Assembly: GCA_050575255.1 (NCBI GenBank)
Contig: JBNZDD010013610.1
Coordinates: 1,906,366 to 1,970,365 of the forward strand
Length of the DNA stretch: 64,000 nt
Direction: 5' to 3'
From: Harriotta raleighana
Taxonomy: Eukaryota
Both the position numbers and the translations under genes were made by a program. The notes under the pieces were generated by a model. That model saw nothing but the letters and a program-made list of their open reading frames with translations, made no database searches and was not told the DNA's origin. Position 1 is the stretch's first letter; each line of letters opens with the position of its first letter. This document shows, piece after piece, positions 37,261-48,965 of this stretch.

Positions 37261-38777
37261 GTTACATTTCTGAATGAATGTTTATAATTGTTCAGGTGCT
37301 TGAAAGTATTCAATGGCAGTGCGAATCCAAACAGGTCCAAGAATAGTGTGTGATCACAGACCCCGAGACACTTGGAATTCTTACCTTGTAAAGCAAGACT
37401 TTTGTCAGATTGGCTCAGTCTCTTTCTCTTTGTTCTCCTACTTGGGCATTTATTTCACAAACTGGGTATAGATTTCAGGAGCTGCACTTTGGGGGAGTTT
37501 GGTTATTTTTAGCTGAATTGGGGGCACAATCGCAGGTTGCCTGATCTCCGTTTCTCCAGGCAGCCACAAAGACCATGTCTCATTCCCTGACATGGGAATA
37601 GAGTCATGAGGTGACGTATATCTAAGAACAGTCTTAAAGTAGCTGCATTATTATGCCACAGTGGGAAAACAAGAGAGCTGGATTTTTGTGAGCACAGAAG
37701 AGCCACTGCCCTTTGGCTCTGTATGTATATGTGAATTATAATGGATTTCGCACAATTTATAAAATGCTTGTAACCAGTAAGATATTCTGTTTGTCCAATG
37801 GATCCTCAGAAACTGACAGAGCTACTAGACCCTGTTCAAATTAACTCTGCTAACACTCACGTCCTCCTGCTAAATTATTTGTGATATATCATTTTGGACT
37901 TTCCCCTTTGAGAAATTATAGCAGCATAAATAAATAACATGGAAAACAGAAATGCTTTGTGTTTGTAACCAAATTTTGCCCGGCTACAAAAGCTTCATAA
38001 TCTATAACATTTTAAAGAGACGGGCTCTGAATTTGAATTCCTTTTGTCCTCTCCAATTCCTCTGTTTTCCTTCTTCTTGCTTTTCCCCTGGAACTAACTG
38101 TGTCATTGGTAATGGATCCTGGCAGATCACAAAATATTCACATATCAGAAATACTCACTGTCCCAAGGGTTTGAGATGAATGAAGCTGCGCTGTACTTTT
38201 AAAGTGAAGCTGCCTGTGATAAACAGCTCACATTCTTATTGATACTCAAGTTAAAGTTTCTGATTCAACTTGTCCAGGGAAACGGCACAGCTATTCCCGT
38301 AGCCTCGCTCGCCATCGCATGCTTGTATCTCACAGAGCAGACAATCTAAATGCTAATCATTTGGGGGATTCCTACATACTGTAGTCTTTACAGTATTTCA
38401 AACCATCAAAAAATCAAATCTACACAACTCTTAAAATGCTTGTGATTTCTTATGAAGGTTTTCTTGGTTTAAGTTATTCAGCCTATAGATGTTTCCTCAA
38501 TTTGTTAATCCATAGAGATCTTCAATGCAATGCACGATTCAGCCCACAGTGAGAACCTTTGTATGTGATGCACAATTTAATCCATAATGTGCCCCTGTAG
38601 ATTGCCATTCATTCTGCAGATCTCTTCCGTGTAGTTCAGTCCTTCAAGATCCTAAATAATTGACTGATCAGTGTATCAGTGTTGTATTTAATGTACTGCC
38701 TGGGCCAGAGTTGTCTTTTGTGATATACCGATGATTCACTTCTGGCTTGTAGCCTATGTTCTGTAGTAATGATTTCA

Positions 38778-38890
38778 ATAATAATAATAATTCTTGAATT
38801 TGATGTAGTACCTTTCATATTGGGGGCATATCACAAAACACTTCACAGAATTTAATGTAAGATGCAGTGACTATGTGTTTTGTAGGCAAA
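38778..38890 (-). mobile_element. SINE 3' fragment
   Basis: (AAT)n TCTTGAATTTGATGTAGTACCTTTCA...CACTTCACAGAAT. Confidence 0.75.
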
Positions 38891-41621
38891 CACTAGACTT
38901 CCTTAAACTATATTGGATTAATAACATTCACAAGCAATTTGGGAAGTTATATAGCTACATGAAAGAACTTTTGAAGGGAATACTCAAAAATATTCTTATC
39001 TACAATCTGACTTATCTGATTAGAGTAAAGACAGGCAGGAACTGGATGTGGGCTTGCAGAGTTTGCATTTTCAAATATGCAAATTGACAATTGCCATTGC
39101 CACAGAATGGGCTTTAAATGTTTCATTTGCATCCGCATGAAAAAAAGGTCAAAGGAACTGGAAACTGTTTGTTAATTTCATTCTATTTTTCTGTACCAGT
39201 CCAAGAGTACAGCCATAAGTCTTGTGGTTAAGTTCAAGCTGCCCTCCATCAAACTCGAGGAGAGCAGACACATATCTTGAGGAAACATCCTATTTATCCC
39301 ATTCATATACAATGCAATGACCACCGAACCTACTGAGTTACCAGCCGTTCAACCTTTGCTAAAATTTACATTTGCATAGAAACTGTCTTCTTGGGGGAAA
39401 ATAACTGATTAACAGATACGCACTGTTGTACTTTGATTGGTGTACAATTCTGCGTATGGAAAATGAACGTTTGTTTCATTCAATCATCCTCAGTCAATAT
39501 GTTGGCTCCCATCAGAGATGATCAAATATAATTTAATAATTTCAAGCATTAAAAAAGGTAAATTTGTCTTGGCAGCAAGCCAGTGACATTGCGGTCATGA
39601 TGCCTATTGGCCTTGAAATCTAACCTCATCCAGACTCGGCTGGTACAAGTACATTGTGGCTAATCTCAGTCTCAGTTAGAGACCATAAATATGAAAGACA
39701 TACACAGGAGCATTGTAATATTCAGCCCTCCCAAACCTCACTAAACTCTTGGATTTTTTCAATTGCGGAATGGAAATTGGAGCTTCACAAGGCTCTCGCT
39801 TTTGTCATTGAGCTGAGGGAAGGAATACCAATCATCGATGGGTTAGAGTTGGCCTACACTTGGTAAAGATGTGATTGGACACAGTATATTTTTTTCATCC
39901 ATACTTCATACTGCTGTGGTCTCAAGGTCATGACCCAGTAAATGCTTGCACTTAAATTCACCTTGCACATGTGCACTGAGTTCATTAGTTCTGAGGTGAG
40001 CTGCAAGAGCACTTCCCAGAAGTGAGAACATCTCACCTCAGGGAAGAAAATGTTAAAACTTTTAGCTTGCAGAGCGCGTGTCTTCTGTTTGTTGAATATG
40101 GAGTGGCAATGACATTGCAAGTCATTGACAATACGGTACATCAGCTTCTCTCCTTCCCAAAAGGAGAAAATACCTCGAGGCAAGTATTGAGGACTGTGAT
40201 GGGAAACAGACTTAAAGTGAGGTTTGATTGTAAGGCACTGTTTAATAATGAAGAAGTGTAGTTGACTGCAGCGGAGTCTTATCTCTCTCAAAACAGCATA
40301 TAAACAGCAGATTGTTTCTAAAAAAAATGAAGTATTTGAGATACTATTGTTCTGACATCAAACTGATTTCAGTATTAAAGCCAAGATGCATATTTCTATT
40401 CATCATCAGTAAATATTCCTCATTACAACCTTATTGATTGGTAGAATTTCATCCCCCTGTTCCTGTTTTTGTAAGAATCGAACAATTTGATCATTTTAGC
40501 AATGTTTTACAAAGAGAAAAACTGCTCACTTACACATTAATATGCATTTTACATATGCGGAAACATACAAACAGAACATTCGCAGTAGTACATGTTCTGA
40601 GCTCCCATTAAAAATATTCATTAAAAAAGACATCTAGTAATGTACTGTAATAGTTAAAATATTGCTATTTCAGTTTCAATCCCACAAGTTGTAATAGTGA
40701 GTCTGTAACTTGTGAACTCCATTTCATCAGTTTTGTTTACACTGTACGTATGGCGTTTCAGTCTAGGAATAAGAAATGGACACTGTTAACTCTGTCTCAT
40801 CACATAGTAAGTACACTATGACTCCCGTCAGTTATGTGAAAGAGTCGGAACAGTGTCCGAGTCTGTACATTGTTTGCTGGCTGTATAGCTGCTGTAGGAC
40901 ATTTGGCTGGAAGTGCCTGAGAATAATATGGGTAAATATGAGCTAATTTATACAGTACATTTTTATTGTTAAAGAATCATTCTCCTTAGTCTATGTGAAT
41001 CGCAATGGAAGCCACTTAGTGCACAATTCCAGCTAAGCTTGCCTTTCGAGTTGTGAAGCAAGAGCATTACATTGAGCCTCATAAGTAGGTTCACAAATGC
41101 GAAAAATAATGTACATATTCGATCTTTGATAGTTCTGGATTGAAGCATAAGAAAGGAAAACAAAGATGCACCACAGTTAAAAAACCATCAGGAGTAGCCA
41201 GCGATTTCTGAACAAAGCCACCAACCATTTTGTACACAGCGGGGGAATGCATTATATAAATGACTTTTTTTTTGTATCTTGTGCATAGATGAGTGTGATT
41301 GTGAGTGATCGAGATGAGTTTCCTGGTGAGATAAAATGGGAGGAGAAACAAGAAGCATCTTCTGATACAAAGACAGCAATTCTCCTATGTCGGGCTAAAT
41401 CATTCAGACTAAGAACTATCATTACTCTCTATTCAAACACCTTAGGAGATTTTTTTTCCTTTTCAGAGTTAATTATCTGTTCTAATTGGAGTGCTATTTT
41501 TAATTTCGGGATACTCTTACCTGTAAGCACAGAAGTCTTTTCCGCAAACTGACTACTATAGTGGTGTCCTTCCATTACTTTGAGCGGTGATTGTCAAGAA
41601 GTGCGAAACTAAATGATACAG

Positions 41622-41796
41622 TAATAATCTTTGTATTTGATATAACACCTCATCATCACGTAGTTCAGACAATGTGAAGAAGAAGCACTTCGCCAAATAT
41701 ATTGTAAAGTGCATTGACTGTGCATTTTGGAGGGAGAAATGTGTCAGCCAATTACACACAGCAGTGTCCCACAAACAGTTGTGGATTGAGTGACCA
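41622..41796 (-). mobile_element. SINE 3' half
   Basis: TAATAATCTTTGTATTTGATATAAC...CAGCCAATTACACACAGCAGTGTCCCACAAACAG...GGATTGAGTGACCA. Confidence 0.85.
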
Positions 41797-43096
41797 CCCT
41801 TTGGTACAGGGATGTGTTTTGACTGATCAGCATCTCAGTAGCAGGAAGTGATAGAATTATGAACCTAACTGATAAAGTGTGTTACATAACTCCACAAATC
41901 AAATTTGTTCACAATGTATTATTATCACACAGAGAAGTTTGAAAATAATGTTTGTGTTCAGTTCCTTATCCATCTGCACAATTATCACCAGTGGTTAATT
42001 TTCACCAATAATAATTAACATATGACAAGTCCTAACTTTTAGATCACAACGCAGAGAGGGTTTTAGATAAGGAAAAACAAATGTCATTGACAAAGAGCCT
42101 GCTTATCCACACTTCAGTTTCTAATGGAGAAGAGAGCACAAAAGTGACTATAATTTAGGGTAGGATAAATATAGTTGTTTGAAGTAATCTATTTGTGTAT
42201 AATTTAGTGAGGAATCTGGAATTGTTATCTGATCCCTGCCATTGTCTAAGACTACCACATGGCACTAGTGTGTACACAATGGATGATATTGCTTTCCCCT
42301 GTGCTGTCTTCACGTCTCACTTTAATGAGTGCACACTGTCCAAAAAAGCAAAGCAAAGCCTCCGCTTACACTCCTAAACATGGATGATCTAAACTAGTCT
42401 ATGCAATCCCTATAATTGAGTACAATTACATTAATATTATTACATAATATGCCTTTTCAATTGCATATCCAGTAGATCAGCAGCAATCATATACTTGCCT
42501 GGTAGTTTTATATAGCCAGAATATGTATACAGAATTGTGGATTAAAATCGAATCCCTTGGAAACAACTAAAACATCAGAACCATTGGATATTCACATTTA
42601 TAAATTGCATTTCCCATACATTGTTGTGCATGTATATCATCTAAGTAGAGGTTGCCCCAATGCTTTATTGTGGCAATTTCTGTAACTGTACATATTTGAA
42701 GGATGTACGTTAAACAGGCCTGAAGGTGTGATAAATGGCAGACTCTACAGCAAGTGAATTTCATTACATTTAAAATAACGAACAACGTTCTAATTCTATG
42801 CAAAACAGAATTAATGTGAGCAGTTTCCTTGACGTTGCTGCTCAGTGTTGGTGTCAATCGAGTTCATATTCACACATCGGTCTTGATGATCTGATTGTGT
42901 AAGAGCCAAATTGTTCATTTCTGGCAGGTAGGAGGACAGCAGCATCTGAACGTGATTGAAGTTGTGTGCACACGAAAGTGAGTGTGAGGAATTGCAGTAA
43001 TGTGGGATTCACTAGACAATTGCCAAGGTTATTACTCTGGCTCCTTTGCGTTGGGATTTTCTTCAATAAAGTTATTTAAATGCTGAGTTCATGCAG

Positions 43097-43412
43097 TAAT
43101 AATAATAACAATAATAATAATAATTCTTGCATTTGATATAGCGCTTTTCATGTTTTCTAGCCACGCAAAAGCACTTCACAGAATATACTGTAAAGTTAAT
43201 TGCCTGTATATTTGTGGGCAAAATGTCCCAGCCAATTGCGCACAGCAATGTCCTACAAATAGTCATGGATTGAAAATGACCAATTTGTTTTGAGGGATTA
43301 TTATTAGGTGTGTGGAGTAAGGAAATGTGCCCAACGTTTCTCCGTGACTTGCCTCAAATTGAACCCAGGTCTCTCGCTTGTGAGGCGAGTGCTCTAACCA
43401 CTGAGCTCCACG
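43097..43412 (-). mobile_element. Young short tRNA-headed SINE, full length
   Basis: The reverse-complement head is GGAGCTCAGTGGTTAGAGCACTCGCCTCACAAGCGAGAGACCTGGGTTCAA; body and (TTA)n tail are complete. Confidence 0.93.
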
Positions 43413-43896
43413 AGTGTGAACTAGTATGTGTTTAGTGTGAACTAAATATAGAAATATTACAAACAAATATGCAACGTTCTCTAAATAAACAGATTTGCAT
43501 TAACAGGAACGCAATTTTGTAGGTAAGAGTTCAAATATGTTACCAGTTCCTCCCTGGAAAAATCAAGTACTGGTCTGAAACTTGAATTTATAAGGCGCCC
43601 TTCGTATTAGCATCATATCACTGAGTACTTTAGAGAGAGGATGTTGGATACCGAGGAGGAGAAATGTGGGAAAGGTTCAGTCTCTCTTAAATTCTAATAC
43701 TGTGGTAGAATCTCTCCAAAAAAAATTCAACTTGTTCAGAGATGATGAAAGATCTGAAAAACAACGCAAGGGGAGTTATGAAAGCACTCGGATTTTGAAC
43801 AGTTACTTTTTGGAGGAGGCATTGTGCATGTGCAGTGGGCAGCTCTTGCTGCTGCCTGGCTCGGAAGATCAACATTTTGCAAGGTCTTAGCCTGAA

Positions 43897-44192
43897 GGCC
43901 ATTGTCTTAACAGGTAGGGTCATCCACAGTTGAAGAAAAAAACTCTCAATTTCTTAGTTTGGAAGCCAGTTTTCCTGCAGCTCTTTTCAACTCTCACAAG
44001 GACCTACCTCTTCTGCTGCATTTCTGAATTTGGAACTCAGAAATGNGGCCATTGTCTTAACAGGTAGGGTCATCCACAGTTGAAGAAAAAAACTCTAAAT
44101 TTCTTAGTTTGGAAGCCAGTTTTCCTGCAGCTCTTTTCAACTCACAAGGACCTACCTCTTCTGCTGCATTTCTGAATTTGGAACTCAGAAAT
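43897..44192. repeat. ~148-bp tandem duplication separated by a single N (probable assembly artefact)
   Basis: Copies at 43897-44044 and 44047-44192 differ by one substitution and a 2-bp indel; N at 44046. Confidence 0.9.
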
Positions 44193-44265
44193 TTTGCCCC
44201 TCACAGCTTCATTAACAACCATTAAATACAGCAAAATGTTAAAAAAGTGTGTCAACATTTTTTGG

Positions 44266-44372
44266 AAATCCTTGCATTTGATTTAGTGCCTTATCACGTC
44301 TTCGAGACATCTCAAAGTTCTTCACGGAATATAATATAAAGTGAATTGACCGTACAGTTTGTGGACGAAAAT
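44266..44372 (-). mobile_element. SINE 3' fragment
   Basis: AATCCTTGCATTTGATTTAGTGCCTTATCACGTCTTCGAGACATCTCAAAG. Confidence 0.85.
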
Positions 44373-45455
44373 GTTGATAAGTGATGTTTATTTGAGCACT
44401 TAAGGTTCAAATGAGGTTTGGATGAAGAAGTACCCCTTTGATTTGTCTTCCAGGATAGCAACCTTCCTGCCTTCCTGTGTTCCTAGATTCTTTAAAGTGA
44501 TTTTTTTCAGGCACACGATACAGTGCATGATTGTTTGGTTCTATCAAATCGTTACTTAAACAACCTACTTGAAGTTTACCTACGTTTTACATCAATAATC
44601 ACTCTGGCGGAAGCACCCATAAAGGAATGGATCTTGTTCTATATTTGGTTCAAGTCAAGCGATACATTGTGCATTGCAGATAACTAATCCTCTCCCCCAC
44701 CTCTCTGAATCACAATTGCTATAAGAATACATTTTCATGGACTGCATCAGCGTGGTTTGATGCGATTTCTATATTTTTGTTCAATATTTATATACCTTCC
44801 TACTTTCTTCACCTTATAGGTTTGGCCGCACATTTACAAATTATTATTTAATGTTTTAATAAATCTCTGAGAGCACAAATATAAATAATTAACAGTTTAA
44901 TAAAATGGGATTACTTTTGCTGTGAATAACCACAAAATGCTGAATTGAGTAAAAATGTGACATGCTATATTCCTTTTCATTACTGTTTGCTCAGAGAGAA
45001 ACCTTTGGTGTCATAGATTCTAGATCATCTGTCATAACCAAACATATATTGTTACTCGTGCGCACAGCACAGGGCATTTTTATCATTACAAGTGCATTAA
45101 TAATTTGTAATTCATCAAACAGATCAAATGCATACATTAAAGGGTATGGTGTAATATACCATGCTGTAGTGCATTGGGAAATATTTGCCCGATGAAGATG
45201 TGTTTCTTTTGCACAGGACAATAATTTCAGTTTCTTTTACAAAGCCAGTAAATCAGAAGCATCATTGCTGAGGAGCCTGTGATAGTCTGCAAACAAAGGC
45301 AGACTCTGCTGCCATTCCCTCAGCATCTGTTTCATTATCAAACAGGGTCCACAGCCTGAATCTGCACTGAGAAAAGAAATTTGACAAGAGAATTGTGCAA
45401 TCAACTACTGTATTATAAAAATAGCACCCGCCCCCTGTCAGCAGGAATTACTTAA

Positions 45456-45650
45456 CAATAATAGTAATAATAATCCTTGAATTTGGTATAGCATCGTATT
45501 ACATCATTGAGCCCCTCAAACCGTTTCACAGAATATACTGTAAAGTAAATTGACTATATTTTGTGAGTGAAACAAGACAGCCAATTGCACACAGCAATGT
45601 CTTACAAGCAGTCATGGATTGAATGACCAATTTATTAAAGGGATTATTAC
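45456..45650 (-). mobile_element. SINE 3' half
   Basis: (AAT)n CCTTGAATTTGGTATAGC...CAGCCAATTGCACACAGCAATGTC...GGATTGAATGACCAA...GGGATTATTA. Confidence 0.85.
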
Positions 45651-45734
45651 CCCTGGAAAGTGATCCGCCAATCAACTTATACCAATTGCTGTGTTTGTGC
45701 CTGGTTTATAAATATCTCCACTCCTCATCTCATT

Positions 45735-45812
45735 ACAACAACAACAGCAAAAAACATTGCACTTGTATAGCGCCTTTCACATCAGGAGGACATCCCAAAG
45801 TGCCTAAACAGT
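45735..45812 (-). mobile_element. L2 3' tail
   Basis: (ACA)n...TGTATAGCGCCTTTCACATCAGGAGGACATCCCAAAGTGCC. Confidence 0.8.
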
Positions 45813-47419
45813 AGGAAGCTAACGCATATTTTTTGTGCTGAGCTGAGTCAGTTATTCAAATAGACAAACACTAAGAATGCTGCCAGGGCAACATTGTCCT
45901 ATCCATCCCACAAGCCACAAACCAGAGACCACCCAAATCCAGTCATAGCAGCACAGAAATAATGGACCCGTGACGTATTTTATTATTTCAGTTTGCACAG
46001 GAAAAGGGTACACCCTTCCATAGTGCCGCTGTGTGTTAACATTCAGAAGAATGCAAAGATCTTGTGTTCCTGACTGTGTTAGACGACATGGGAAAGTCGC
46101 TGATATTTGAAATGCTGAGTGAAGATCGGGCTCTTCCTCAACCATCCGTATGTGAGAACCCCTGAACGACAGATAGGCAAGCATCTCCCAACAGCCAGCT
46201 CAAATGCTCTTCAGTCTTTGAATTTCAATTCCTTTGAATTTTTTTTCAATAAAAGTGACCTTGTTTGACTTTTGATTTGGGCAGAGATTTGGTACAGTTC
46301 AAGATGGTAATTTAATCTTTAGACAAATGTCAAATAAAACTTCACAGTGGCTTTGCTCCCAGTAAAATGCTTTACAGACACTTTTTAAGGTTAAATCAAT
46401 GTGGAAGAGGAGGGAGAGAAGCTACAATTGAAAAGAAGTAAAAGGTAAATATACCGATTAATGACCATACAAAAAAAAAATCTCATTTTTGGATTTATAT
46501 TAGCCATAATTCAAAACTGTGCAAATCATTTTTTAAATCGAACTTTCTCATTTTCTGATACCCCATTAAATATGTAAAAAAAAATCAAAGTTCTCTTTAC
46601 AAAAGTGCTTTGTGTAACTTTGATCTGTGACATCTTTGAATTTCACCCATCCTGGAAAGTCTGACAAGAAGAGATGCTCTCTCATTTTTTTTAAATAATG
46701 AGAAAATAATCTATCACTTAAAAGGGATGTGATTTTGTGTAGAAAAAAATATGCAAAGACCAATTTTTCCCATTCTTATTATCATCAATTTAAAACAGTG
46801 AAAAACTTTAGTTTTTGGAGTGAAATTCAAATTCACACATTCAATGCGAAATCATTGAAGGCGTGAATTATGAAACATCATGGATTTCACTTCAATATAA
46901 CATCACTTTGAGTCTGTCATGAAATGTGGCAAAACCCACCCACCACATTATTCGGGATCATTGTCAATTTTTCAGGGCTGTTGCTTCAAGGTTAAGGGTT
47001 TGAGAGTCTCGAACTAGTTCATCGAAAAGAATACTTCAGTTCATATGTTTTCCAAGAATCCTAATCCTTCAGGATGTACACCTTATATTATGTGTATTCA
47101 TTTGACAGAAAGGGGGGAACAAGACCATCTGGGCCACTACTAATATCAATGCAACTTTGATGAACTAACAGGAGGTAATCCTTCCAGGGTCCCATTGCTG
47201 AATGTTTCTTCCCTAAAATGAAGCATTCTATCATTGTGAGGTTTTCCCTATGTTGTAGCCAAGTCTCTGTGAAATTATCTACAGAGTTTGAATATGAGTC
47301 AAAGTATCTGCAGTAGGGATGCTGTGTTTTGAATCCAAGCTCTCTGAATGTGAGTGTACATATTTGCACTGGAGTTCACAGTGTGTGTAAATTGTGTTGA
47401 AATAAATTAAGATACAGTA

Positions 47420-47735
47420 ATAAGGCTATTGAAGCATCCCACGATTCACTTCCAGATTGACATCATAAACAATAACCAGGTCTAGTGTTCTCTTTAACCC
47501 ATTAATACTGTCTCCTTCAATGGTCTTCCCTGCCAATATATTTCTTACATTGGTGTGAAACGTTTCTGCCTTCCCTTCTTACTCTTAAGGTTTAATATGA
47601 GTCTGTCCCCTGGTGTTTGAAATCTTCAAAATATTGAACAATTTAGCCTGCCCCTTCATAATCTTCAAAATCTCTATCGAGTTACCACTTTTCCGACGAA
47701 AATAATTCAACTTCCTTAAAGTTTCCTCTTAATTT
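47420..47735 (-). mobile_element. CR1 fragment (decayed)
   Basis: CCCCTTCATAATCTTCAAAATCTCTATCGAGTTACC reads GNSIEILKIMKG on the reverse strand (like GDLIE.FKIMKG). Confidence 0.7.
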
Positions 47736-48654
47736 AGAAAATGACTAAAGTTGATTGTTTTGTTCTGTGAAATTATTTGACATGAAAAGGAATTTTTCAA
47801 ATGCAAGGTTTATTATTAATAAGGTTTATTATTAATAATTATTAATAAATAATAAATCCCTTCAGCTCTTGTTATGTATGGATGGAATTTTACTGGAAGG
47901 ATTTTGCCCCTCTGATCCTACAGCAAGTTATTACTGGTAAAATATTGTGTTTGACAGTTTTAAACGACTCGATCACTTTGCTAATGTTTTGCTGTGATAT
48001 GTTAATTATGCTCAGAAATCAGTTTGCTTGCTCCAGTTTCATAACAGAGTTTATAGCATTATGATCAAAATGGATGAAATATGATTAGTACAAATGCAGT
48101 CTGGGTTTCTTTATTTACTGAAATGAGTGGGATCTTTGCTGTTTATTTAATTTTTGTGGATAATATGTGAATATTTTTGTGCAAAGACATTAGGATTTTT
48201 AAAAGGGCTTTCGCGTAAATTTGTTTTTTTATTAGCTTTATGGAAAAAACACTGCACCTGTACTGCAAACAGAAGCAAAAAATCCCTTCAGCTCTTGTAT
48301 TGAGGTCTCTTTCAAGGGGAATGCATCCTTGAAAAGATATAGTAGCAGACTGGAATATGAAGGACCTTACTCTCCAGAGCATTTGTGAATATATACATTG
48401 ATTCCGCAATATTCGAAGAGTTCTTTAGAGGGATTATATTTATTTGTCTTGCAAAGAGTAGTCATAATGGTATTTTGTATGCATAAAAGACTAATATCTA
48501 CACAATGTCAATTATGTCATTCTCCTTTTTTTCCGATCAGAATTTCCCGTAAAGAATTTTGGTCAGTGTTCTGCGGGATTACGAAGGAACATATCAACTT
48601 GTTTTAACATGACTAAGCGTCTGAAGATTTGTAGCATTAGTCGATATCCCAGTT

Positions 48655-48850
48655 TAATAATAATAATCCTTAAATTTGATATAGTGCCTTTTTACATCAT
48701 TGAGGAATTTCAAAGTACTTCACATAATACATTCGCATAGTACAGTGACTGTATTTTGTGGGAGAAGCACAGCAGCCAATTACAGATAGCAATGAATGTC
48801 CTGCAAACAATCATGGATTCAGTGACCAGATTTTTAAAAAGGGATTATTA
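48655..48850 (-). mobile_element. SINE 3' half
   Basis: (AAT)n CCTTAAATTTGATATAGTGCC...GCAGCCAATTAC...CATGGATTCAGTGACCA...GGGATTATTA. Confidence 0.85.
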
Positions 48851-48874
48851 CTACAAAGCAAACCGCTAATCAAC

Positions 48875-48965
48875 TAACATCTGGAGGATGGCACCTGCAA
48901 CAAATACAGCGCACCCCCAGCATGCCACAGAATTCTTGACCTATGCTGTGAGTTCAAACACCAAT
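48875..48965 (-). mobile_element. Deu-domain fragment
   Basis: CATCTGGAGGATGGCACCTGCAAC...CAGCGCACCCCCAGCATG...TGTGAGTTCAA is the reverse of the Deu 5' part; compare 17872-17930 and 9170-9230. Confidence 0.55.
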
